DNA of 64,000 nt from Waterburya sp. GTDB lineage: Bacteria; Cyanobacteriota; Cyanobacteriia; Cyanobacteriales; Xenococcaceae. The notes under the pieces are model-generated. The model did no database searches, was not told where the DNA came from, and saw only the letters and a program-made list of their open reading frames with translations. The stretch is taken from the NCBI GenBank assembly GCA_965217895.1, contig CBDCJV010000002.1:2432001-2496000 (forward strand), in the 5' to 3' direction. The stretch's first letter is position 1, and every line of letters starts with the position of its first letter. Positions 10,523-21,276 of this stretch are shown here, piece by piece. Position numbers and translations under genes: made by a program.

Positions 10523-12136
10523 TTGGCAATGGTAAGTAATAGTTCGACTAGTTATGCAATAGATTTTGGTACAAGCAATACGGCGATCGCTCGCTGGAAT
10601 TCAGCAACGGAAAAAGCAGAACTAGTTACCTTACCTAATTTATCGCAGCAGCTTAGTTCTCTTCCGCCTCTTATTCCTAGCTTGGTATACGTAGAGGATG
10701 CAGCTACAGGCAAAATTATTGCTGGACAAGGAGTGCGCGATCGCGGTTTGGATATTCAAAGCAACCCCCGTTTTTTTCGCAGTTTTAAGCGCGGAATTGG
10801 TACAGATATTCAGGGCTTTTTACCTCAACTCGACGGCAGAAATTTATCTTTTGAACAGGTTGGCGAATGGTTTTTAAGAGAATTGATTACCAGCCTACGA
10901 GGGGAAACGGAAGAAGATCTCCAATCATTAGTTTTAACTGTCCCCGTCGATAGTTTTGAATCTTACCGCCATTGGCTGATGGGGGTATGTCAGTCTTTAA
11001 AAGTAGAGCAAATTAGAATCCTCGATGAGCCGACTGCTGCTGCTTTAGGCTATGGTGCAGGGGCAGAAGAATTACTGTTGGTGGTAGATTTTGGTGGAGG
11101 AACAATTGATTTGTCTCTAGTGCAGCTATCGTCCACCAGCCCTCAAAGCGGCTATCTCCTCAAGTGGGGACGAAAAATGTTAGGGGAAAATACGGCACAG
11201 CAAAAAAATACGGCGCGGGTAATTGCCAAGGTGGGAGACAATTTGGGGGGAGCAGATATTGATAATTGGCTGGTAGATTATTTTGCCACCACCCAAGCTT
11301 TGCCTAAATCTGCTTTAACGACTCGTTTGGCAGAAAGATTGAAAATTAAGCTGACCAAAGAAACAGAAGCACAAGAGGTTTACTTCAACGATGAAACCTT
11401 GGAAACCTATGAGCTAGCTTTAGACCGCGATCGCTTTAACAATATTTTAGAGCAGCAGCAGTTTTTTAACCGACTTGATGAGCTAATGACTCAGGTTTTG
11501 CAACAGGCTAGGCGTAATGGCGTAGAAACTACTGACATTGATTCAGTCTTATTGGTGGGTGGCTCAGTACAAATACCTGCCGTCCAAAATTGGGTCAGGC
11601 AGTATTTTGATGAAGATTTGATAAAGAATCAACAGCCCTTAGAAGCGATCGCTACTGGGGCATTACAGGTATCTCGAAGCATTGAGGTAAAAGACTTTCT
11701 CTATCATAGCTACGGTATTCGCTACTGGAATCGGCAAACAAATAGTCATGGTTGGCATCCGATTATTAAAACAGGACAGCCTTATCCCACAGAGAAACCA
11801 GTAGAGATAGTTTTGGGTGCTTCTACTCCAGGGCAAAGCAGTATTGAGTTAATTATTGGTGAACTGAGTGCAGCCACCGCCACCACAGAAGTTTATTTTG
11901 ATGGCGATCGCTTAATTACTAAGGCTGTAGATACTCTCGGCGATCGGGTACAGCCGTTAAACGATCGAGATGGGGCAAGGACAATTGCTCAACTTGAGCC
12001 TCAAGGCAATCCTGGGAGCGATCGCCTTCAGCTTTTGTTTAGCGTTGACGAGCAAAGGCATTTGCGTATTACCGTTGAAGACCTATTAACCCAGCAAACT
12101 TTACTAAATAATTACATAGTGGTCAAGCTAAATTAA
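10523..12136 (+). CDS. Hsp70-family protein (non-DnaK)
   Basis: AIDFGTSNT, DEPTAAALGY, VVDFGGGTIDLS, LVGGSVQIP. True start may be the ATG at 10529. Confidence 0.9.
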   Translation: MAMVSNSSTSYAIDFGTSNTAIARWNSATEKAELVTLPNLSQQLSSLPPLIPSLVYVEDAATGKIIAGQGVRDRGLDIQSNPRFFRSFKRGIGTDIQGFLPQLDGRNLSFEQVGEWFLRELITSLRGETEEDLQSLVLTVPVDSFESYRHWLMGVCQSLKVEQIRILDEPTAAALGYGAGAEELLLVVDFGGGTIDLSLVQLSSTSPQSGYLLKWGRKMLGENTAQQKNTARVIAKVGDNLGGADIDNWLVDYFATTQALPKSALTTRLAERLKIKLTKETEAQEVYFNDETLETYELALDRDRFNNILEQQQFFNRLDELMTQVLQQARRNGVETTDIDSVLLVGGSVQIPAVQNWVRQYFDEDLIKNQQPLEAIATGALQVSRSIEVKDFLYHSYGIRYWNRQTNSHGWHPIIKTGQPYPTEKPVEIVLGASTPGQSSIELIIGELSAATATTEVYFDGDRLITKAVDTLGDRVQPLNDRDGARTIAQLEPQGNPGSDRLQLLFSVDEQRHLRITVEDLLTQQTLLNNYIVVKLN

Positions 12137-12502
12137 CGAAGCATACTGTAATATGTACTTAAGTAAAAATCAGGGTGTTAATCACCTGTAATTCTAGCAA
12201 TTATAAGTATTCTACCTAAAATTTGCTTATTTAAAAAGGCTATAGGTCTAATTACACAAAAATTGATTTTGGTTAAATTTTTTTAAATGATATTTGATAT
12301 TTATAAAGTAAACTGGCTGATTAATTTAGACCAATCTAACTTAATTAGTCAAAATTAATCTCAATTTAAGCGATTTTTAGGTTATCATTACTTAGTTTAA
12401 TTGCAATTACCTAGTAATAACTACTGATTAAGCATAAAACCAAAAGTTAAGCGTGACAGCACTCATGCTGAAAAAGTATACATAAAAAATATTAGATAAA
12501 CG

Positions 12503-13306
12503 ATGAAGTCTAAGCGAGTAAACATATTAAATATTCCTATTGATGATATAGGCAAACATAAGCTTTTAGAAAAACTCAAAATGGGTGGAGTGGTGTTTAC
12601 GCCAAACGTAGATCACCTAGTTAAGCTGCAAAAAAATTCAGAATTCTACCAAGCATATCAAGAAGCTGATTATCGAGTCTGCGATAGTCAATTAATTATG
12701 TTTGCTTCACGTTTTTTGGGACAACCCATTAGGGAAAAGATTTCTGGCTCTGATTTGTTTCCTGCTTTTTATCAACGTTACGGTAAAGATGAAAGCGTTA
12801 AGCTGTTTTTACTTGGTGGCTTAGAAGGAGTGGCACACAAGGCTAGTGATAATATCAATGCCAAAGTTGGTCGCAACATGGTGGTAGATAATTATTGCCC
12901 ACCTTTTGGTTTTGAAGAAGATCCTGCTGAGTGCCAAAAAATCATTGAAATTATTAATGCTTCAGAGGCAAATGTATTAGCTATTGGAGTTGGTGCGCCG
13001 AAGCAGGAAATCTGGATCGCTCAGCATCGAGCTAAGATGACAAACATAAAAACTTTCTTGGCGATTGGAGCTACCTTAGACTTTGAGGCAGGTACTTTAA
13101 AAAGAGCGCCTGCTTGGATGAGTTCAGCGGGTTTGGAATGGCTTTACAGACTAATAAAAGAGCCTGTTAGGCTTTGGAAAAGATATTTAATCGAAGATAC
13201 AAGCTTTTTTATTTTAATATTACGCCAAAAATTTCACCTAGATAATAAACGAAATTTTTCAAGCAAAAAAGGTATGCTTGAATCTAGTCCCGTTGGCAGA
13301 GAGTAA
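12503..13306 (+). CDS. WecB/TagA/CpsF (GT26) glycosyltransferase
   Basis: FTPNVDH, ISGSDLF, GVGAPKQE, RAPAWMSSAGLEWLYRL. Confidence 0.93.
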   Translation: MKSKRVNILNIPIDDIGKHKLLEKLKMGGVVFTPNVDHLVKLQKNSEFYQAYQEADYRVCDSQLIMFASRFLGQPIREKISGSDLFPAFYQRYGKDESVKLFLLGGLEGVAHKASDNINAKVGRNMVVDNYCPPFGFEEDPAECQKIIEIINASEANVLAIGVGAPKQEIWIAQHRAKMTNIKTFLAIGATLDFEAGTLKRAPAWMSSAGLEWLYRLIKEPVRLWKRYLIEDTSFFILILRQKFHLDNKRNFSSKKGMLESSPVGRE

Positions 13307-13356
13307 TCAATGCTAACGCGATCGCGCCTAAGCTTCAAACTGGAGACAGTGTTTGT

Positions 13357-14577
13357 TTAATAGTCTAAAGCCTCAACTCTAAGACTACCATCTGCTTCAA
13401 TCCAAATTAATTGTTTAATACGACAGGTTTGAGCATATCGTCTAACTGCTGCTGGCGATCGTTCTCCTAGGTCAATTTCTATCTTGAGGGGAGCATTTTC
13501 TTTTCTCAGTTTGCGAGCATATTTAAGCGCAGCAGCCTCTGCTTCTGTGGTAGTAGGAATAACCAGACAATCACTGCTAGGAGCTTGTTGAGGCAGTTTA
13601 TCTGTAGATAACAAGCTCGAATGCAAATCTTCAATCGAGAGAGAAAAGCCAATTCCAGGAGATGATTTTCCTTGAGGATCGTATAGCCCCAGCAGTTGAT
13701 CGTAACGTCCACCTTTGGCTAAAACATAAGACTGATGGTCTTGAAAACAAACGGCTTTAAAAACAATACCTGTATAGTAATCAAAGGTTTGTAGTAAACT
13801 AAGATCTAAGGTTAAAGGTAAAGGCTGCTCTGAACTACTATTAAGTAATTCAATTAAAGATTTGAGATTATTAACTATTTCTCTGGCGGCAGGATCTAAA
13901 TCGAGAGTAGAAACTTTACTTAAAACAGCTTCTGGTTTACCCCGCAAATCAAATAAAAATAAAGCCTGAGCTTTTAAATCTGCATCTAACTCTAAATTCT
14001 CTAAGGTAATGCGGTCAAGATTAGCAATACATTGACGTACTGAGGAACGAATCGATTCAGGAAATGCCGATAGGAGCGATCGCGTTAATCCTGCCTCTCC
14101 TAACAAAATAGACCAATCTGGCGTACCTAACTTATATAGGCAGTCCGCTAGCAAAAGAATTATTTCTGCATCAGCTAAGACACCACCAGCAAAAAGTAGC
14201 TCAACTCCAGCCTGATAAAATTCTAGCTGCCGACCATGATGGCTTTGGGGTGGATTACGAAATACATTGGCACGATAGCAAAGACGCTGAGGATAAGTGC
14301 TGCTGGCCATGCGTGTCACTGCTGCACGAGCGATCGAAGCAGTTAGTTCAGGACGTAGACCCAAAGAGCTTTCGCCGTTATTGCGTAGCTGAATCACTTT
14401 AGACGGCTGTATTGCACCACCTGCCGTTAAAGTATCTAGCCACTCTAGGGTAGAGGTGACAATACGCTGATAACCCCATGTTTGAAACGTGTGCTGTAGA
14501 CGGTCATTGATCCAGCGTTTCTGTTCTACTTCTAAGGGTAATAAATCTCTAGCTCCAGCAGGGGTTTGATAAATCAT
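13357..14577 (-). CDS. hisZ: ATP phosphoribosyltransferase regulatory subunit
   Basis: PAGARDLLP, LRPELTASIAR, EFYQAGVEL, DYYTGIVF, GGRYD. Confidence 0.93.
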   Translation of the reverse strand: MIYQTPAGARDLLPLEVEQKRWINDRLQHTFQTWGYQRIVTSTLEWLDTLTAGGAIQPSKVIQLRNNGESSLGLRPELTASIARAAVTRMASSTYPQRLCYRANVFRNPPQSHHGRQLEFYQAGVELLFAGGVLADAEIILLLADCLYKLGTPDWSILLGEAGLTRSLLSAFPESIRSSVRQCIANLDRITLENLELDADLKAQALFLFDLRGKPEAVLSKVSTLDLDPAAREIVNNLKSLIELLNSSSEQPLPLTLDLSLLQTFDYYTGIVFKAVCFQDHQSYVLAKGGRYDQLLGLYDPQGKSSPGIGFSLSIEDLHSSLLSTDKLPQQAPSSDCLVIPTTTEAEAAALKYARKLRKENAPLKIEIDLGERSPAAVRRYAQTCRIKQLIWIEADGSLRVEALDY

Positions 14578-14634
14578 TTCAGGTTAAGTACAGATTCAGT
14601 TTCGACGTTGCAGGCAACATCTACTTGTGCCATC

Positions 14635-15645
14635 TTACTTTTTTTTCGACCCAAAAAAACCACTAAAGAAACCACTATTACCTTGCTTATCATTTGACTT
14701 TTGAGCAGACCCAGGTTGAGAAGTTTTAGATTTGCTGGCTACTTTGCCAAGTTTATCTAATGCCTTTTTGCTTTCGATGACGGTAGCATTGTGCGGATCT
14801 GCTTTGCAAGCTTTGTCAATATGTACTTTTGCCATGGTCAACTGTCTTTTGTGCAGATAGGTTTTACCTATGACGGCGTGAGCAACGCCGTGATTGGGAT
14901 CGATTCTCAACGCATCTCGCAACTCTGTAACAGCCCGATCAAATTCTCCTCTTGAGATGTATTGTTGAGCGCGATCGACAAAAGCATCAACTCTTGATTC
15001 AGGAGTAGGCTCTTCTGTCTTAGCTGTAGTCTGAGAAGATAAATCTTGTGCTTGAGTGACCGTACTTTTGCTTTGAGGAATGGTTTGCTTATCTTGATTG
15101 GGTTTTGCCTTAGCAGAAGAATTCAAGCTTTGTTTAATTTTGCTTTGAGGTACAAACTCTGCCGCGCGATCGCATTTCAACATCAGATAAACTAAATTCA
15201 GTTCGCTGATCCTGCCTATATCTTTTGTAATTTGTTCTAAAGATTGGTAATGATCGACGGTCAGTTTTTTTAATAGTTGGGGATAAATCAACTCAGCACC
15301 ATTGCCAGCCTGCAATAGTTCCTCTGCCAGTTCACTTTTTACGTTTATTTTTGCTTTATTCTCCGCTAGGCGTTTGCCAACCTGGGTTAATACTAGTTGA
15401 TGTTCGGCAAAATCGGCTTTTCGCGATAGCTGTTCATAGGCTGGATTGACTAACTTAGACAAAATTTGACCTGCCATCTTGACTTTAGATTCATCCAGGC
15501 GACATTTATCTGGATGAAGTTTTTGAGCAATTTTTAAATATTTTAACCGAATCTGTTTAGGATCGGCGTCTATGGATACGCCAAGGATTGCATGGTGATC
15601 GATTATTTTGAGCTTGAAAAGTCCCTGATTAATGGCAAAAGACAT
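14635..15645 (-). CDS. J-domain protein with C-terminal TPR
   Basis: DHHAILGV..KLHPDK..VNPAYEQL, and TPR AVTELRDALRIDPNH. Confidence 0.88.
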   Translation of the reverse strand: MSFAINQGLFKLKIIDHHAILGVSIDADPKQIRLKYLKIAQKLHPDKCRLDESKVKMAGQILSKLVNPAYEQLSRKADFAEHQLVLTQVGKRLAENKAKINVKSELAEELLQAGNGAELIYPQLLKKLTVDHYQSLEQITKDIGRISELNLVYLMLKCDRAAEFVPQSKIKQSLNSSAKAKPNQDKQTIPQSKSTVTQAQDLSSQTTAKTEEPTPESRVDAFVDRAQQYISRGEFDRAVTELRDALRIDPNHGVAHAVIGKTYLHKRQLTMAKVHIDKACKADPHNATVIESKKALDKLGKVASKSKTSQPGSAQKSNDKQGNSGFFSGFFGSKKK

Positions 15646-15827
15646 AGGAAATATAAATATAAATATAATTTACAGATATATACATCTGTAATCATGGAAA
15701 TGCTAATCACAATACCAACTGTATTTTTATAGTTCCCCAAAATCCCCCTAGAACTAACAGAATTCTTAAATGACTAGAGAAAAATTAAGCTGCTAATTAT
15801 TGACTATTTAGTCTGTCAAAATTGTTT

Positions 15828-15919
15828 TGAGGAGTAATTGGGGTAGTGAGGTGTTTGGAGTAGTGGGGTGTTTGGGGTAATAGATAATACTTCTCCATCT
15901 CCTCTACTCCTCTAACTCT
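15828..15919. repeat. Degenerate 9-mer tandem repeat tract with a complementary tract
   Basis: GGGGTAGTG/AGGTGTTTG/GAGTAGTG/GGGTGTTTG units followed by CTCCATCT/CCTCTACT/CCTCTAACT. Confidence 0.5.
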
Positions 15920-15940
15920 TATAACTGCTTTAACTATGCC

Positions 15941-16768
15941 CTACGATTTCCATGATGCTAAAGGCGGAGTTTGAAGTAGAGCTTTACTTAAACTGTCATG
16001 AATCAAGCCATTAGTAGCTAAAATACGACCAGAACTAATATCTAAAGGACTACCATCATAGGCGGTAATTTTCCCCCCTGCTTCGGCTAAAATCACAATT
16101 CCTGCTGCCATATCCCAAGGCTGAATGCCTCTCTCCCAATATCCATCTAATCTACCGCAGGCAACCCCTGCCAAATCCATTGAAGCACAGCCAAGGCGAC
16201 GCACCCCCTGAGTTAAATGAGTCAGATGACAAAATTCAGCATAGTTATTGTCACTGGTTTCTCGGCGATCGTAGGCAAAGCCAGTAATCAGAAGGCTTCT
16301 GTTTAATTCTTTAGTAACAGAAACTTGAATCGGACGACGATTACAGGTTGCCCCCAAACCTGTAGCAGCGCGGAATAGTTCATCACTAAAAGGATTATAA
16401 ACTGCACCTACAGCAGGAACTCCCTCGATCATTAATCCCACAGAGGTTGCTGCCATTGGCAAACCATGAGCATAGTTAGTTGTTCCGTCTAGCGGATCGA
16501 TCGCCCAAAGATATTCGCTATCAGCATTACCTAATGATCCTGACTCTTCCGCCAATATTTGATGATTTGGCAAGTGACGTTTCAATACTTTTAAAACTGC
16601 TGCTTCTGCTAGCTTATCGGCTTCGGTGACCAAATCTCCTGGACGACCTTTTTCTTGAATATCAGTTAATTTACCCCAACGTTCTTTTAATACCGCTCCC
16701 GCAGCTAAGACTGATTCGGTAGCAACATCTAAAAATATTTGTAGTTGTTCGGTAGAAGGTTGAGTCAT
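15941..16768 (-). CDS. suhB: Inositol monophosphatase family protein
   Basis: LVTEAD, LAEES, WAIDPLDGTTNY, PWDMAAG. Confidence 0.92.
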   Translation of the reverse strand: MTQPSTEQLQIFLDVATESVLAAGAVLKERWGKLTDIQEKGRPGDLVTEADKLAEAAVLKVLKRHLPNHQILAEESGSLGNADSEYLWAIDPLDGTTNYAHGLPMAATSVGLMIEGVPAVGAVYNPFSDELFRAATGLGATCNRRPIQVSVTKELNRSLLITGFAYDRRETSDNNYAEFCHLTHLTQGVRRLGCASMDLAGVACGRLDGYWERGIQPWDMAAGIVILAEAGGKITAYDGSPLDISSGRILATNGLIHDSLSKALLQTPPLASWKS

Positions 16769-17274
16769 TGTTTGAGATTTGAGCGAAATTGATTAGGAGT
16801 GTAGCGCATAGCCTGCTTTGGATTCCAGATTCCGTAACCCATTAAGCGAGCATATTCTTGAGCGTCTATAAGCAGCTTACTATATGAATGGCTATATCTG
16901 GTGTTTGCCAATACATTACCGTCTTTAACTAGCTCTTGACTAACTAAAGTTTTAGCTTGCCACACATGAGCATTGAAACGATTGAAACTGTCTGGCTGTG
17001 AGGTTTCCATCTCTAATTTAATTGGCAATCCTGTTACTAGCTTAGATAATTTCTGCTGTGCCGTTTTTCCCCAAGGAGACTGACGAAAATCGGGGGCATC
17101 GATACCTACAATTCTTACCTGGGCGACCTCTGAAGTTCCTGCTAATATAACTTCAATAGTTTGACCACTAACTACCCGCGTTACTTTTGCAGAGATTAAA
17201 TTAGTCTGGTTAGGTTTAAAATTACAGCCAAACAATAATATTAAACAACAGCAAACAGTTATTACTTTAAACAT
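16765..17274 (-). CDS. Thermonuclease (SNase) family lipoprotein
   Basis: Lipobox-like LLFGC, VRIVGIDAPD, AQEYARLMGYGIW. Confidence 0.85.
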   Translation of the reverse strand: MFKVITVCCCLILLFGCNFKPNQTNLISAKVTRVVSGQTIEVILAGTSEVAQVRIVGIDAPDFRQSPWGKTAQQKLSKLVTGLPIKLEMETSQPDSFNRFNAHVWQAKTLVSQELVKDGNVLANTRYSHSYSKLLIDAQEYARLMGYGIWNPKQAMRYTPNQFRSNLKQ

Positions 17275-17354
17275 TAAATACGTCTAATGTGAATTAAAAA
17301 ATGTTTATTCTCGTTTCTTAATGAAATTGGTCTGTGAAAACCGTGATTTTGTTC

Positions 17355-17608
17355 CTGGGGGAACTTTCCCCCAGACCCCAATCTCGCGCGTTCCCAAGTC
17401 CGCGTGGCTTCCCGTTTAGGGATGCCCTCGTGTCGGACGCTTGCGCCTGACGGCGACGCGGTGAAGCAGTTGCGGTGGACAGGTTCCCTGGCATAAGCAA
17501 ACTGCTGAACCCTTTAGGGGGTCGCTCGCCTGCTGGGGACGTGACGACCCTCCCCAGACCCCTTCCGTAAAAGCTAAAAGCTAAAAGCTAAAGGCTAAAA
17601 GCTTTTTT
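17355..17608. repeat. Nested GC-rich small dispersed repeats ending in (GCTAAAA)n
   Basis: Two CTGGGG..CCCCAGACCCC units, a GCAGTTGCG..AGCAAACTGC hairpin, a CCCGTTTAGGG hairpin, and a 36-bp block identical (inverted) to 7365-7400. Confidence 0.8.
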
Positions 17609-17618
17609 CGTAGTAAAA

Positions 17619-18734
17619 CTACTTTGCATTTGATTCTCTGTAACGTTCTACTGCTAAATTGATTAAGTTATCAACTAGCTGAGGAAAAGTAACTCCACTG
17701 TGCGCCCAAAGTCGGGGATACATACTGGTAGCAGTAAAGCCTGGTATTGTGTTGATTTCATTGATAAAAACTTCTCCCGTTTCTTCTACGTAGAAAAAAT
17801 CAACTCTGGCTAATCCTGCTGCATCTACGGCTAAAAATGCCTTGATCGCCATTTCTTGTATTTGAGAAGCTACAGCATCAGGAAGATTGGCAGGGATATG
17901 TAGCTGGGCTGCACCTTCGGTGTATTTAGTTTCATAATCGTAAAAGTCACTTTCAAAGGTAATTTCTCCCACTACCGAAACTTGGGGATTATCGTTACCT
18001 AATACAGCACATTCAACTTCTCTGGCGGTTACTCCTGCCTCGACGACAATACGGCGATCGTAGCTAGCAGCGTTGTCTAAAGCTTTTTCTAGTTCCTCGC
18101 GCGATCGCACTTTGGCAATTCCCACCGATGAACCCAGATTAGCAGGTTTGACAAAACAGGGATAGTCTAGCTTTGCCTCAATATCGTCGCAGAGTTTTGG
18201 ATAAATACAGGGATTGGAATATATTTGCGCCCTATTGACCGCCACATATTTTACCTGGGGTAATTCTGCTTGAGTGAACGCCATTTTCATAGCAATCTTA
18301 TCCATACCCAAAGCCGAACCTAATACCCCCGAACCGACAAAGGGAACGTTCATTAGGCTAAGTAAACCCTGCACCGTGCCATCTTCGCCATTGGGACCAT
18401 GAAGAATGGGAAACCAGACATCTATTTCTGAATAATTAGTGTTTTGTCCTGCGGGGGTTAAAGAAGAAAATCCTGTAGCGGTTAGCTTACTCTCTTCGCC
18501 TTTGGCAACTTGAGTTTCTGCTTCTAAGAGCAGAGGCTCTCCTGACTCTAGTACCTGTTGGGCAAGGTTACTAGGTTGCCATGTACCGCTTTTATCGATA
18601 TATACAGGTAGGATATCGTATTTAGTTTGATTATCCCCTGCTTTTAAAGCTGAGGCGATCGCTCTGGCTGAAGCAATAGAAACTTCATGTTCTCCAGAAC
18701 AACCGCCAAACAATAAACCAATTTGTTTTGCCAT
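17619..18734 (-). CDS. ddl: D-alanine--D-alanine ligase
   Basis: [47 protein letters not shown]. Start set at MAKQ. Confidence 0.96.
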   Translation of the reverse strand: MAKQIGLLFGGCSGEHEVSIASARAIASALKAGDNQTKYDILPVYIDKSGTWQPSNLAQQVLESGEPLLLEAETQVAKGEESKLTATGFSSLTPAGQNTNYSEIDVWFPILHGPNGEDGTVQGLLSLMNVPFVGSGVLGSALGMDKIAMKMAFTQAELPQVKYVAVNRAQIYSNPCIYPKLCDDIEAKLDYPCFVKPANLGSSVGIAKVRSREELEKALDNAASYDRRIVVEAGVTAREVECAVLGNDNPQVSVVGEITFESDFYDYETKYTEGAAQLHIPANLPDAVASQIQEMAIKAFLAVDAAGLARVDFFYVEETGEVFINEINTIPGFTATSMYPRLWAHSGVTFPQLVDNLINLAVERYRESNAK

Positions 18735-18824
18735 GTCATATCCCCAAAATCTCACCAGTAATGCTACATCATCTCTGGGTTTTTGGTTAGATACTTGAGG
18801 TATTTGTTTTTAAAAGATAAAAGA

Positions 18825-19346
18825 TTATCTGCCAAGGTAACGAGATGCCATTCTCATTGCATCACCCATATCTACATCACCGTCACCATCAGAATCTAAA
18901 AACGCGCTGGCAATTGAATTATTTCCCTGCATATTGCTTTTACTATTGCCAGTTTTTAATAAATTTAGGACTAAAGGAACTAAAATTGGCAGCATTGATT
19001 GAATTGTTCCTGCATTTAAACCAGTACGACCACTAATTTGCTGAATCATACCCTCTAGCTGGGAACTATTGAATAGAGTTGATAAAACTTGCGAATTTGC
19101 TCTAGTACCGCCAAATTGATTGATAATTTGATTTACTTGAGAAGCACCGCCTTGATTACGTTTTTCTCTGAGGGCAGACTTAGTGTGATTACCTACAATA
19201 GACATGGCTGATTCTACTGCGTCTGAACTAGCCTGATTATTGCCGCTTAACTGCTTTACCGTATCGAGTATTGAGCCAAGCTGATTAGTGCTTGCTTCTT
19301 TTTGAGGATCGTCGATCGCGCTTAAAATTTGATTGAAAATGCTCAT
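18825..19346 (-). CDS. DUF937 domain protein
   Basis: MSIFNQILSAIDDP, MLPILVPLVL, FLDSDGDGDVD. Confidence 0.8.
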   Translation of the reverse strand: MSIFNQILSAIDDPQKEASTNQLGSILDTVKQLSGNNQASSDAVESAMSIVGNHTKSALREKRNQGGASQVNQIINQFGGTRANSQVLSTLFNSSQLEGMIQQISGRTGLNAGTIQSMLPILVPLVLNLLKTGNSKSNMQGNNSIASAFLDSDGDGDVDMGDAMRMASRYLGR

Positions 19347-19418
19347 CTTCTTTGATTTGAATTCTGGTTTGCTTTTCTAAATTATTATCTAAAATTAGGA
19401 GTATTAAAAACATAATTT

Positions 19419-19796
19419 TTACTCAAATCTCCAGGCTGCCACTCCTAAACAAGCCCAACCAACAATAAACGCCACGCCACCTAAAGGCGTAATAGCACCA
19501 AGCCATTTAACCCCGCTTAAGCTCAGGGCATACAGACTACCAGAAAATAGCACTATGCCCGCCGTAAAAGCATATCCCGCTGCTATTAAAAAAACAGATT
19601 CTGTAGATAAACGAGTCAGCAGCAATGCCACTAAAATTAGAGCCAGAGCATGATACATCTGATATTTTGTGCCAGTTTCCCAGATCTCTAAAGCCCGTTC
19701 ACTCAATCTGTCTTTGAGGGCATGACTAGCAAATGCCCCCAAAATTACGGATATACCCCCTAATGCTGCTGCGATCGCTAAGAAAATTCGAGCCAC
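19419..19796 (-). CDS. DUF423 (YgdD/TMEM256) membrane protein
   Basis: GAFASHAL, YQMYHALA, FSGSLYAL, GAITPLGG. Confidence 0.92.
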   Translation of the reverse strand: MARIFLAIAAALGGISVILGAFASHALKDRLSERALEIWETGTKYQMYHALALILVALLLTRLSTESVFLIAAGYAFTAGIVLFSGSLYALSLSGVKWLGAITPLGGVAFIVGWACLGVAAWRFE

Positions 19797-19994
19797 AATT
19801 GTTTTCCTTTAGTTATTTACAAATTATCTAATCTGACAACATTAACTTTATTGAGAAAAATTAGAGTCTTACAGATAAAATAAGCATAATATAACCCTTC
19901 TCTCAATCTTGATTTTAGTAACGTTGATGACTTCAAGAAAGTTTTATTTGGGCTAATTTCAAATATATTATCTTTATTTAATCTAGGAAAATTT

Positions 19995-21137
19995 ATGACA
20001 GCTACATTTTGTGAGTATAAGCCAGGTTTAGAAGGTATTCCAGCTACAAAATCTAGTATTAGTTCCGTTGATGGTCAAAAAGGAATTTTAGAATATCGTG
20101 GTATTGCGATCGAAGAATTAACTAAACAGGGTAGTTTTTTAGAAACTGCGTACTTACTTATTTGGGGTAAACTACCCAGCGAACAACAGCTTGAAGAATT
20201 CCAAACTGAAATTTTATATCATCGTCGGATTAAATATCGTATTCGAGATATGATGAAATGCTTTCCTGAGACTGGACATCCGATGGATGCACTACAAACA
20301 TCAGCAGCAGCCCTGGGTCTATTTTATGCTCGACGCGCCTTAGATGATCCTGAATATATTAGACGAGCGGTAGTACGTATTTTGGCTAAAATTCCGACTA
20401 TGGTGGCTGCATTTCACCAGATGCGTCGGGGAAATGATGCCATTACACCAAATGACAATCTTGACTATGCAGCCAACTTTTTATATATGCTGACGGAGAG
20501 AAAACCCCATCCTTTGGAAGCTAAAGTTTTTGATGTTTGTTTAACGCTGCACGCAGAACATACAATTAATGCCTCAACTTTTTCGGCTATGGTAACGGCT
20601 TCAACTCTTACCGATCCTTATGCAGTTGTAGCTTCAGCAGTTGGGACTTTGGCTGGACCACTTCACGGAGGGGCAAATGAAGAAGTATTGTTGATGTTAG
20701 AAGATATTGGCTCAATTGATAATGTTCAGCCCTATCTAGAAAATTTGATAGCTAACAAACACAAAATTATGGGTTTTGGGCATCGAGTTTATAAGGTAAA
20801 AGATCCTAGAGCTAAGATATTGCAAGAGTTAGCCGAACAGCTATTCGACGCAACTGGACACGATCGCTATTATGATTTGGCTTTAGAATTAGAAAGGGTA
20901 ATTGAGACAAAATTAGGACACAAAGGGATATACCCTAACGTCGATTTTTATTCTGGTTTAGTTTACCGCAAGCTAGGCATCCCTGACGATCTGTTTACGC
21001 CTATTTTTGCGATCGCTCGTGTGGCTGGCTGGCTAGCACACTGGAAAGAACAATTAGCTGTAAATAGAATCTTTCGTCCTACTCAAATTTATACGGGTGA
21101 ACATAACTCTCCCTACATTCCGATGGCAGAAAGATAG
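19995..21137 (+). CDS. gltA: Citrate synthase
   Basis: LHAEHTINAST, GPLHGGANE, MGFGHRVYK, PNVDFYSG. Confidence 0.97.
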   Translation: MTATFCEYKPGLEGIPATKSSISSVDGQKGILEYRGIAIEELTKQGSFLETAYLLIWGKLPSEQQLEEFQTEILYHRRIKYRIRDMMKCFPETGHPMDALQTSAAALGLFYARRALDDPEYIRRAVVRILAKIPTMVAAFHQMRRGNDAITPNDNLDYAANFLYMLTERKPHPLEAKVFDVCLTLHAEHTINASTFSAMVTASTLTDPYAVVASAVGTLAGPLHGGANEEVLLMLEDIGSIDNVQPYLENLIANKHKIMGFGHRVYKVKDPRAKILQELAEQLFDATGHDRYYDLALELERVIETKLGHKGIYPNVDFYSGLVYRKLGIPDDLFTPIFAIARVAGWLAHWKEQLAVNRIFRPTQIYTGEHNSPYIPMAER

Positions 21138-21211
21138 CTGGCGAAATAAGGGATGAGAAATTTTTGGAGTTAATCCTTTAAGCTTTATGCCCAAAGATAT
21201 TATGATTATGC

Positions 21212-21241
21212 TTGACGATGGTAATGCAAGCGCATTACCAT
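21212..21241 (+). promoter_or_regulatory. Putative TA promoter with palindromic operator
   Basis: TTGACG (21212) and TACCAT (21236) are 18 bp apart. They overlap the inverted repeat ATGGTAATGC-AAGC-GCATTACCAT (21218-21241). Confidence 0.65.
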
Positions 21242-21276
21242 TGATGTATAGTTTAATAAATAGCTTTAAAGATACT

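Noticed and set aside
17318..17500. 60-aa ORF from the track
   Set aside because: Lies almost entirely within the repeat mosaic and has no protein-like features.
21187..21276. N-terminal extension of the antitoxin ORF
   Set aside because: It covers the predicted promoter and operator. PrlF similarity starts after ATG 21277.
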